Source: Delftia acidovorans NBRC 14950 (GTDB lineage Bacteria; Pseudomonadota; Gammaproteobacteria; Burkholderiales; Burkholderiaceae_C). From it: a stretch of DNA of 5,791 bases. The notes under the pieces were generated by a model. The model was not told the DNA's origin and made no database searches. It worked only from the letters and a program-made list of their open reading frames with translations. This document shows positions 1-5,590 of this stretch, piece by piece. Every line of letters begins with the position of its first letter. Position 1 is the stretch's first letter. The stretch lies in NCBI RefSeq assembly GCF_001598795.1, contig NZ_BCZP01000057.1, positions 1 to 5,791 on the forward strand, written 5' to 3'. A program made the translations under genes and the position numbers.

Positions 1-332
1 ACGACATCGCGGCTGCCTGCGACCAACTGGTCGTGCGCCAGGATGGTGGCCTCCATGCCGGCGCCGCACATCTTGGACAGGGTCACGGCGCCCGTGCTGC
101 GCGGCAGGCCGCCCTTGAAGCCGGCCTGGCGGGCGGGCGCCTGGCCCTGGCCCGCCATCAGGCAGTTGCCGAACAGCACTTCGTCCACTTTCTCGGGCGC
201 CACGCCCGCGCGCTGCACGGCGGCCTTGATGGCGGCGCCGCCCAGATCATGGGCCGCGAGGTCGGCGAAGTCGCCCTGGAAGGCGCCCATGGGGGTGCGG
301 GCTGCGCCGACGATGACGATGGGGTCTTGCAT
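1..332 (-). CDS. Acetyl-CoA C-acetyltransferase (thiolase family), N-terminal 110 codons only; the rest lies beyond the left edge of the window
   Basis: Not in the supplied ORF track because it runs off the edge. Manual minus-strand translation from ATG 332..330 gives MQDPIVIVGAARTPMGAFQGDFADLAAHDLGGAAIKAAVQRAGVAPEKVDEVLFGNCLMAGQGQAPARQAGFKGGLPRSTGAVTLSKMCGAGMEATILAHDQLVAGSRDVV. This is a canonical thiolase N-terminus, including the acyl-accepting Cys in an S-K-M-C-G-A-G context. AGGAGA Shine-Dalgarno at 343..338, 5 nt upstream of the ATG. Codons are almost all G/C-ending in this frame. Confidence 0.9.
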   Translation of the reverse strand, partial: MQDPIVIVGAARTPMGAFQGDFADLAAHDLGGAAIKAAVQRAGVAPEKVDEVLFGNCLMAGQGQAPARQAGFKGGLPRSTGAVTLSKMCGAGMEATILAHDQLVAGSRDV

Positions 333-378
333 GCTTGTCTCCTGGGTTGTCGTGATGGTGAAAGAAAGGGAAAACGGG

Positions 379-2193
379 TCAGGCCAGCCAGCGGCTGCGC
401 TCGTAGGGGAAGACATCGTGGACATGGCCTTCGCGGATGCGCTGCTGGTGTGCCTGCCAGAAGGCGGGGTCGAGCAGGTCGGCATGGTGGCGCATGAAGA
501 CTTCGCGCACGGCCGGGTTGCCCAGCAGAAAGGGCGCGAAGGTTTCCGGGAACACATCGCGCGGGCCCACGGGGTACCAGACCTCGCCGCTGAGCTCGTC
601 CTCCTCGTTGCGCGGTGCGGGCACCTGGCGGAAGTGGCAGTCGGTCAGGTATTCGATCTCGTCGTAGTCGTAGAACACCACCTTGCCGCCGCGCGTGATG
701 CCGAAGTTCTTCCACAGCATGTCGCCCGGGAAGATGTTGGCCGCGACCAGGTCCTTGATGGCATTGCCGTACTCGATCACGGCGCTCTCCAGGCGCTGCC
801 GCGGTGCCGGCAGGTCCAGCCCGTCATCGAAGCACTCCTGCAGCAGCATGTTCAGCGGCACCATGCGCCGCTCTATGTAGAGGTGGGAGATGATGACCTC
901 CTGCCGGCCATCGCCGTCGCGGTCGCTGATCTCGACCTGGCTGGGCGCATGCTCCAGGATCTCGGCGATCAGCGCATCCGAAAAGCGCTCGCGCGGGAAG
1001 GCGACTAGGCTGTACTCCAGCGTGTCGGCCATGCGCCCCACGCGGTCGTGCTGCTTGACCAGGCGGTACTTGGCCTTGACTTGCTCGCGCGTGATCTCCT
1101 TGGGCGCGGCGAAGCGGTCCTTGATGAGCTTAAACACATAGGGAAAGCTGGGCAGGTCGAACACCAGCATGACCATGCCCTTGATACCGGGCGCGATGCG
1201 GAACTGGTCGCGCGAATGCCGCAGGTGGTGCAGGAAGTCGCGGTAGAACAGCGTCTTGCCCTGTTTGGCCAGGCCCAGGGCGTTGTACAGCTCGGCGCGC
1301 GGCTTGCGCGGCATGAGGCTGCGCAGGAACTGCACGTAGGCGCTGGGCACGTCGGTATCGACCATGAAGTAGGCGCGCGCAAAGCTGAACAGGCCGTGGA
1401 AGTCCTTCTCGCCGAACAGGGCCGCATGCAGCACCAGCCGGCCGTTGTCGCCGTGCAAGATGGGCACGGCCCAGGACAGCTCGGCAAAGCCGTTGATGAT
1501 CTTGCCGACGATGTAGGCGCCCTTGTTGCGGAAAAACAGGCTGGACAGCACCTGGATCTGGAAGTTGGCGTACAGCCGCATGGCCTGCAGCTGCGGCTCC
1601 AGGCGCTCGGCCAGGCGGGCGATGTCGCGCTCCAGGTCCTCGAAGGGGCGCTGCAGCGCGAATTGCTCCACGACTTCGCGCAGCGTCTGCGGCAGCGTCT
1701 CGCGCGTGGGGTAGAAGGCCAGGTAGGCCGGGCGCGCAGCCGGCTCCTGGTTCTCTATGTATTCCGTGCTGACGGCGGGCCGCACGAAGATGAAGTCGTT
1801 GTGGAAATGCGTGCGGTGCAGGATCTTGGTGGTGACCGAGTTGAAGAAGGTCTCGGCCAGCTCGGGCTGCAGGTGGTTGACCATGAGCCCGATGTAGTGG
1901 CGCTTGATCTGCTGCCAGACCGGCATGGGCTGGGCGCCCGCCGCAAATTCCTTTTCCAGCCGGCGCACGCATTCGCGCACGCGCAGGTCGTAGAACTCGA
2001 TGCGCTCGCGCTGGGCACGCTGCTGGCCCAGCCAGTCGGCAGTTTCGAAGCGGTGCTTGGCGCGGGCGGATTCGGCGCGGAACAGGCGGTAATGGCGATT
2101 GAAGCCATCCATCATTGCCCGCGCGATGTCATGGGCAAGCAGAGTGTCCTGGGCAGGCATCGGCATGAAGTCTCCCGGAGTCCCGCCTGCCAT
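379..2193 (-). CDS. aceK: Isocitrate dehydrogenase kinase/phosphatase (AceK)
   Basis: 604-aa ORF. It is collinear over its whole length with E. coli AceK as I recall it. Shared blocks include [96 protein letters not shown] and IREGHVHDV. The start is ambiguous. ATG 2193 lies only 6 nt after the can stop and has no SD. The in-frame ATG 2166 (MPMPAQ...) has GGGAGA at 2176..2171, 4 nt upstream, and is my preferred start. Confidence 0.95.
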   Translation of the reverse strand: MAGGTPGDFMPMPAQDTLLAHDIARAMMDGFNRHYRLFRAESARAKHRFETADWLGQQRAQRERIEFYDLRVRECVRRLEKEFAAGAQPMPVWQQIKRHYIGLMVNHLQPELAETFFNSVTTKILHRTHFHNDFIFVRPAVSTEYIENQEPAARPAYLAFYPTRETLPQTLREVVEQFALQRPFEDLERDIARLAERLEPQLQAMRLYANFQIQVLSSLFFRNKGAYIVGKIINGFAELSWAVPILHGDNGRLVLHAALFGEKDFHGLFSFARAYFMVDTDVPSAYVQFLRSLMPRKPRAELYNALGLAKQGKTLFYRDFLHHLRHSRDQFRIAPGIKGMVMLVFDLPSFPYVFKLIKDRFAAPKEITREQVKAKYRLVKQHDRVGRMADTLEYSLVAFPRERFSDALIAEILEHAPSQVEISDRDGDGRQEVIISHLYIERRMVPLNMLLQECFDDGLDLPAPRQRLESAVIEYGNAIKDLVAANIFPGDMLWKNFGITRGGKVVFYDYDEIEYLTDCHFRQVPAPRNEEDELSGEVWYPVGPRDVFPETFAPFLLGNPAVREVFMRHHADLLDPAFWQAHQQRIREGHVHDVFPYERSRWLA

Positions 2194-2199
2194 GGCCGC

Positions 2200-2862
2200 T
2201 CAGTCGCGCTGGCGGCTGGCGACCAGCTCGACAGCCTCGGCATGGATGTTGGCGATGCCGCCGACACCGGGCACGGTCATCTGCAGATTGGTGATCAGGC
2301 CGTCCTTGAGGCCATAGCACCAGCCGTGCAGCGTCACCTTCTGGCCGCGCGCCCAGGCATCCTGCATCACCGTGCTCTGCGCCACATTGATGACCTGCTC
2401 GATGGCATTGAGTTCGCACAGCGCATCGTGGCGCCATTGCGGGGATAGGCTGGCCAGCAGCGCCTGGTGCTTGTCGCGCACATCCTTCACATGGCGGATC
2501 CAGTTGTCGGCCAGGCCCACGCGCACATCTTCCAGTGCCGCCAGCACGCCGCCGCAGCCATAGTGGCCCACGACCATCAGGTGCTCGACCTTGAGCTGGT
2601 CCACCGCGTACTGGATGGTGGACAGGCAGTTCAGATCGCTGGGCACGACCACGTTGGCCACGTTGCGGTGCACGAACACCTCGCCGGGCTCCAGGCCCGT
2701 GATCTGGTTCGCAGGGACGCGGCTGTCGGAACAGCCGATCCACATGTAGCGGGGTTTTTGCTGCGACAACAGCCCGGTGAAGAAACCGGGCCGGTCACGC
2801 TCCATCTGCTGGGCCCATTCGCGGTTGTGGACAAACAGTTCTTCGATGGAGGTTGTGCTCAT
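2200..2862 (-). CDS. can: Beta-class carbonic anhydrase (Can/YadF-like)
   Basis: The ORF-track protein starts at a TTG (2868). I prefer ATG 2862 (MSTTSIEELF...) because AAGGA at 2873..2869 sits 6 nt upstream. The protein is collinear with E. coli Can, with the zinc/active-site blocks WIGCSDSRVP, FVHRNVAN, GHYGCGGV and TLHGWCYG all present. Stop TGA at 2202..2200. Confidence 0.93.
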   Translation of the reverse strand: MSTTSIEELFVHNREWAQQMERDRPGFFTGLLSQQKPRYMWIGCSDSRVPANQITGLEPGEVFVHRNVANVVVPSDLNCLSTIQYAVDQLKVEHLMVVGHYGCGGVLAALEDVRVGLADNWIRHVKDVRDKHQALLASLSPQWRHDALCELNAIEQVINVAQSTVMQDAWARGQKVTLHGWCYGLKDGLITNLQMTVPGVGGIANIHAEAVELVASRQRD

Positions 2863-2917
2863 AAGCAATCCTTTTGTTGGGTCAAACTCAAGAACGGCGC
2901 GGCAGGCGGGTGCGGGA

Positions 2918-4105
2918 TCAGCAGGTCTCTGCGAACAGCTCGCGGCCGATCAGCATGCGACGGATCTCGCTGGTGCCGGCGCCGATCTCGTAGAGTTTCG
3001 CATCCCGCCAGAGGCGACCCAGTGGGTATTCGTTGATATACCCATTACCTCCATAGATTTGAACGCCTTCGCCGGCCATCCATGTCGCCTTCTCGGCGCA
3101 CCACAGGATGACGCTGGCACAGTCCTTGCGGACCTGACGAACATGCTCCGTTCCCAGCAGATCGAGGTTTTTGGCGACCGTATAGGCAAATGAGCGACCC
3201 GCTTGCAGCACGGTGTACATGTCGGCCACCTTGCCCTGGATGAGCTGGAACTCGCCAATGCTCTGGCCGAACTGCTTGCGGTCATGGATGTAGGGCACAA
3301 CGTTGTCCATCACCGACTGCATGATGCCCAGCGGCCCGCCGGTCAGCACGGCACGCTCGTAGTCCAGGCCGCTCATCAGCACCTTGGCGCCGTTGTTCAG
3401 GCCGCCCAGCACGTTCTCGGCCGGCACCTCGACGTTCTCGAACACCAGCTCGCCCGTGTGGCTGCCACGCATGCCCAGCTTGTCCAGCTTCTGGGCAATG
3501 GAAAATCCCTTCATGCCCTTCTCGATCAGGAATGCAGTCACGCCGCGGGCGTTCAGCTCGGGCTCGGTCTTGGCGTAGACCACCAGGGTGTCGGCATCGG
3601 GACCGTTGGTGATCCACATCTTGGTACCGTTGAGCAGGAAGTAGCCGCCCTTGTCCTCGGCCTTGAGCTTCATGCTGATCACGTCCGAGCCGGCGCCGGG
3701 CTCGCTCATGGCCAGCGCGCCCACATGCTCGCCGCTGATCAGCTTGGGCAGGTACTTGGCCTTTTGCGCCTCGTTGCCGTTGCGGTTGATCTGGTTCACG
3801 CAAAGATTGCTGTGCGCGCCATAGGACAGGCCCACCGAGGCACTGGCACGCGAGATTTCCTCCATCGCCACCATGTGGGCCAGGTAGCCCATGTTGGCGC
3901 CGCCGTACTGCTCGGACACGGTAATGCCCAGCACGCCCAGATCGCCAAACTTGCGCCACAGGTCCATGGGGAACTGGTCGTCGCGGTCGATCTCGCCGGC
4001 GCGCGGTGCAATCTCGGCCTGTGCGAACTCGCGCACGGCATCGCGCAGCGCGTCGATGTCCTCGCCCAATTGGAAGTTCAGGCCCGGCAGGTTGGAAAGG
4101 CTCAT
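2918..4105 (-). CDS. ivd: Isovaleryl-CoA dehydrogenase (acyl-CoA dehydrogenase family; LiuA/Ivd)
   Basis: 395-aa ORF collinear with isovaleryl-CoA dehydrogenases. It has [19 protein letters not shown] (IVD-type catalytic Glu segment), [21 protein letters not shown], and C-terminal [22 protein letters not shown]. In that last block IVDs carry Gly/Ala where MCAD-type enzymes have their catalytic Glu. ATG 4105..4103 is preceded by GGAG (4116..4113) 7 nt upstream. Stop TGA at 2920..2918. Confidence 0.95.
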   Translation of the reverse strand: MSLSNLPGLNFQLGEDIDALRDAVREFAQAEIAPRAGEIDRDDQFPMDLWRKFGDLGVLGITVSEQYGGANMGYLAHMVAMEEISRASASVGLSYGAHSNLCVNQINRNGNEAQKAKYLPKLISGEHVGALAMSEPGAGSDVISMKLKAEDKGGYFLLNGTKMWITNGPDADTLVVYAKTEPELNARGVTAFLIEKGMKGFSIAQKLDKLGMRGSHTGELVFENVEVPAENVLGGLNNGAKVLMSGLDYERAVLTGGPLGIMQSVMDNVVPYIHDRKQFGQSIGEFQLIQGKVADMYTVLQAGRSFAYTVAKNLDLLGTEHVRQVRKDCASVILWCAEKATWMAGEGVQIYGGNGYINEYPLGRLWRDAKLYEIGAGTSEIRRMLIGRELFAETC

Positions 4106-4148
4106 CTCGTGTCTCCTGTGGAAATTTGGTGAAAGAACGCCGCCCGGC

Positions 4149-4619
4149 TCAGTCGGCCAGATCGCGGCCCTGCACGCACATCAGCGTGCAGCCCATGGTG
4201 GCAATCAGTTTTTCGCGGCCTTCGTCGATTGCATAGGCGCGCCCCTCGGTCACGCTGATCGTGCGGCCCGGCTTGATCACCCGGCCTTCCATGCGAAAGC
4301 GCTGGCCCTTGGCGGGGGCCAGCAGATTGATCTTGAATTCGATGGTGAGCACAGCAGCATCGGCCGGCATCAGGGTCAGCCCTGCATAGCCGCAGGCGGA
4401 ATCCAGCGCCGTGGAAACCATGCCGGCATGCAAAAAGCCATGCTGCTGCGTCAGCCCGGGTGCCCAGGCCAGGCAGACATCGACGGCGCCGGGCTCCAGC
4501 AGGGACAGCTCGGCGCCCAGGGTGTGCATCGCGCCCTGGCGTGCAAAACTGTCTCGCACACGGCGGGCAAAGTCGCTGTTGGCAGGTTCCAGGCGGAGCA
4601 CGGTCAAGGCAAGCCTCAC
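4149..4619 (-). CDS. PaaI-family hotdog-fold acyl-CoA thioesterase, substrate unknown
   Basis: 156-aa ORF with the PaaI/thioesterase-superfamily pattern: [51 protein letters not shown] and [18 protein letters not shown]. The start is uncertain. The track's GTG 4619 directly abuts a possible -10 element. In-frame TTG 4607 has GAGG (4617..4614) 6 nt upstream, and GTG 4601 is also possible. Stop TGA at 4151..4149. Confidence 0.8.
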   Translation of the reverse strand: MRLALTVLRLEPANSDFARRVRDSFARQGAMHTLGAELSLLEPGAVDVCLAWAPGLTQQHGFLHAGMVSTALDSACGYAGLTLMPADAAVLTIEFKINLLAPAKGQRFRMEGRVIKPGRTISVTEGRAYAIDEGREKLIATMGCTLMCVQGRDLAD

Positions 4620-4624
4620 AAATT

Positions 4625-4644
4625 ACGTTTACGTAAACGTCAAT
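4625..4644 (-). promoter_or_regulatory. Candidate LiuR operator A (ACGT-rich palindromic box) in the 24-nt liuR-thioesterase gap; a possible MerR-type promoter for the thioesterase-ivd operon
   Basis: The minus strand reads ATTGACGTTTACGTAAACGT, which is 18/20 identical to the box upstream of liuR at 5112..5093. It contains the imperfect 16-bp inverted repeat TTGACGTT/TACGTAAA (4643..4628) and the overlapping perfect palindrome ACGTTTAC/GTAAACGT (4640..4625). One reading as a MerR-style promoter is TTCATA (4650..4645, overlapping the liuR stop), then a 19-nt spacer holding the dyad, then TAATTT (4625..4620). The hexamers are weak, so that promoter reading is inference only. Confidence 0.6.
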
Positions 4645-5045
4645 TATGAAGCATTTTTCCCATCCAGGTGTTTCAACAGAGTGCGGGCCTCGGATTCCTG
4701 CTCTCGCACCTCGGCCAGGTTGGCCTGCAGGTCGGCCAGGCGGTCCTCGAGCTGGCGGCGATGCACAGCCAGCACCTCCAGGAATTTGCGCAGTTGCACG
4801 CCCGTATCCCGGGGGCTGTCGTAGAGATCGATGATCTCCTTGGCTTCGTTCAGAGACAGTCCCAACCGCTTGGCCCGCAAGGTCAGGCGAAGACGTGTGC
4901 GATCACGCGCGCTGTAGACGCGATTGCGCCCGCCAGGCCCGGCGCGCTCGGGCTCAAGCAAGCCCATGTCTTCATAGAAGCGGATGGCCCGGGTCGTGAG
5001 ATCGAACTCCTTGGCAAGATCGCTGATGGTGTAGGTGGTCGACAT
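4644..5045 (-). CDS. liuR: MerR-family transcriptional regulator, LiuR type (leucine/isovalerate utilisation regulator)
   Basis: From ATG 5045 the protein reads MSTTYTISDLAKEFDLTTRAIRFYEDMGLLEPER...VYSARDRTRLRLTLRAKRLGLSLNEAKEIIDLYD, followed by a coiled-coil tail. This is an N-terminal MerR winged helix-turn-helix placed a few residues from the start. It closely resembles Pseudomonas LiuR as I recall it (YSISDLARELDITTRAIRFYEEQGLL...). It sits directly upstream of ivd. The ORF-track start at 5111 is rejected (see noticed_but_rejected). There is no strong SD before 5045, and in-frame ATG 5066 is an alternative start. Stop TAA at 4646..4644. Confidence 0.88.
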   Translation of the reverse strand: MSTTYTISDLAKEFDLTTRAIRFYEDMGLLEPERAGPGGRNRVYSARDRTRLRLTLRAKRLGLSLNEAKEIIDLYDSPRDTGVQLRKFLEVLAVHRRQLEDRLADLQANLAEVREQESEARTLLKHLDGKNAS

Positions 5046-5092
5046 GGCTGGAGAGTCCGCCAGCATCCACAGCCGGCGGCCATGGGAATGCG

Positions 5093-5112
5093 ACGTTGAC
5101 GTTAACGTCAAT
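5093..5112 (-). promoter_or_regulatory. Candidate LiuR operator B (perfect 16-bp palindrome) upstream of liuR; a probable autoregulatory site
   Basis: The minus strand reads ATTGACGTTAACGTCAACGT. The core TTGACGTTAACGTCAA (5096..5111) is a perfect 16-bp palindrome centred about 59 nt upstream of the liuR ATG at 5045. It is 18/20 identical to box A. I could not identify convincing -35/-10 hexamers around it. Confidence 0.65.
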
Positions 5113-5184
5113 GCTAGCGGAATTGGCCACAGGAAACTGCGCCGGATGTTGCATCCGGGTGCGACGAAGAAGCCCGGCAGGAAT

Positions 5185-5215
5185 AAAAAGAGAGCGCGTC
5201 AGCGCTCTCTTTTTT
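5185..5215. terminator. Bidirectional intrinsic terminator hairpin (second terminator downstream of the rrn operon)
   Basis: AAAAAGAGAGCGC (5185..5197), loop GTCA, GCGCTCTCTTTTT (5202..5214). This is a perfect 13-bp stem whose GC-rich core is flanked by an A-run on one side and a T-run on the other. It therefore reads hairpin plus U-tract on both strands (minus strand: ...GCGCTCTCTTTTTATT). Confidence 0.8.
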
Positions 5216-5220
5216 GGGAT

Positions 5221-5280
5221 GTCCGTTTTGGCTGTTCGTTTGGCTGTCCGTTTTGGCTGTCCGTTTTGGCTGTTCAGCCT
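5221..5280. repeat. Head-to-tail tandem repeat of a 13-bp unit, GTCCGTTTTGGCT, about 4.7 copies
   Basis: Unit 1: 5221-5233 GTCCGTTTTGGCT. Unit 2: 5234-5245 GTTCGTTTGGCT (12 nt, degenerate). Unit 3: 5246-5258 GTCCGTTTTGGCT. Unit 4: 5259-5271 GTCCGTTTTGGCT. Partial unit: 5272-5280 GTTCAGCCT. There are no intervening spacers. The repeat is non-coding and lies between the two terminator hairpins. Confidence 0.9.
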
Positions 5281-5307
5281 GTTTCCCCGTTTCCTGCACC
5301 CCAATGC

Positions 5308-5339
5308 AAAAAACCCCGTAGCTTTGGGCTACGGGGTTT
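5308..5339 (-). terminator. Intrinsic terminator immediately downstream of 5S rRNA (first rrn operon terminator)
   Basis: The minus strand reads AAACCCCGTAGC-CCAAA-GCTACGGGGTTTTTTGCA. This is a 9-bp GC-rich stem (5336..5328 pairing with 5322..5314), a 5-nt loop, and then six T (5313..5308). It begins about 14 nt after the 5S 3' end. Confidence 0.88.
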
Positions 5340-5352
5340 CTTGGGCTGTAAG

Positions 5353-5468
5353 AGCCTGACGATGACCTACTTTCACACGGGAACCCGCACTATCATCGGC
5401 GCAAAGTCGTTTCACTGTCCTGTTCGGGATGGGAAGGAGTGGTACCAACTTGCTATGGTCATCAGGCA
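5353..5468 (-). rRNA. rrf: 5S ribosomal RNA
   Basis: The minus strand reads TGCCTGATGACCATAGCAAGTTGGTACCACTCCTTCCCATCCCGAACAGGACAGTGAAACGACTTTGCGCCGATGATAGTGCGGGTTCCCGTGTGAAAGTAGGTCATCGTCAGGCT. The terminal helix is complementary (GCCTGATGACC / GGTCATCGTCAGGC). Conserved blocks present are CCCATCCCGAAC, GTGAAAC, GCGCCGATGATAGTG and GAAAGTAGG. Ends are accurate to about 2 nt. Confidence 0.95.
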
Positions 5469-5590
5469 TAACTTGTTGTCATGCTGCTCATGGAGCAACA
5501 CAACGAATTCATAGAGTCTGTAATCAGCTTTGTATTTTGACTGCGCCTTACTTGGCATAACCACCTTGATGATCACGTCATCAAAGTTAT
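5469..5590 (-). other. 23S-5S internal transcribed spacer of the rrn operon
   Basis: AT-richer, non-coding stretch between the recognisable 23S 3' terminus and the 5S 5' end. It contains small hairpins, for example TTGATGA-TCACG-TCATCAA at 5566..5584. Confidence 0.8.

Noticed and set aside
1130-1972. Minus-strand ORFs in alternative frames overlapping real genes: 158..715, 1005..1487, 1130..1972, 1755..2108, 2129..2743, 2631..2834, 2950..3300, 3282..3959, 3796..4041, 4883..5083.
   Set aside because: They are out-of-frame overlaps of aceK, can, ivd and liuR. Their compositions are Arg/Pro/Ala-dominated, as expected from frame-shifted reading of GC3-rich codons. None has an SD or a motif.
1048-2448. 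Very long plus-strand ORF (466 aa) plus other long plus-strand ORFs: 33..497, 43..1008, 2467..3036, 2777..3193, 3203..4132, 3891..4649, 4668..5099.
   Set aside because: Each lies antisense to a minus-strand gene whose product I can recognise residue by residue (aceK, can, ivd, the thioesterase, liuR, the thiolase). Their translations are Ala/Gly/Arg/Leu/His-rich low-complexity strings with no recognisable motifs. High-GC genomes routinely produce such stop-free shadow frames.
5046-5111. The 22-codon N-terminal extension of liuR in the ORF track (MTLTSTSHSHGRRLWMLADSPA...).
   Set aside because: The proposed TTG start codon is the TTG of the operator palindrome itself. TTG ACG TTA ACG TCA ACG translates as M-T-L-T-S-T. 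The MerR helix-turn-helix normally starts within a few residues of the N-terminus, which fits ATG 5045 (MSTTYTISDL...).
5123-5140. Sigma-54-like element TTGGCCAC...CTGC on the plus strand.
   Set aside because: The GG-to-GC spacing is 14 nt rather than the 12 nt implied by the TGGCACG-N4-TTGC consensus, and no plus-strand gene lies downstream.
5221-5280. Whether the tandem repeat could be a CRISPR array.
   Set aside because: The units are 13 bp and directly abutting, with no spacers. There is no leader and there are no cas genes. It is a simple minisatellite-type tandem repeat.
4972-5514. ORFs in the rRNA-proximal region: 4972..5304(-), 5114..5299(-), 5035..5514(+), 5096..5359(+).
   Set aside because: They run through the terminator hairpins, the 13-bp tandem repeat (which gives repetitive peptides such as QPKRTAKRTAKT) and the 5S rRNA gene itself, so they are not plausible proteins.
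5468-5590. Inverted repeats in the 23S-5S spacer: ATAACTT (5468..5474) pairing with AAGTTAT (5584..5590), and the hairpin TTGATGA-TCACG-TCATCAA (5566..5584).
   Set aside because: Short helices bracketing mature rRNA ends are what I would expect for rRNA processing stems. Nothing suggests an inserted element or an extra gene such as a tRNA.
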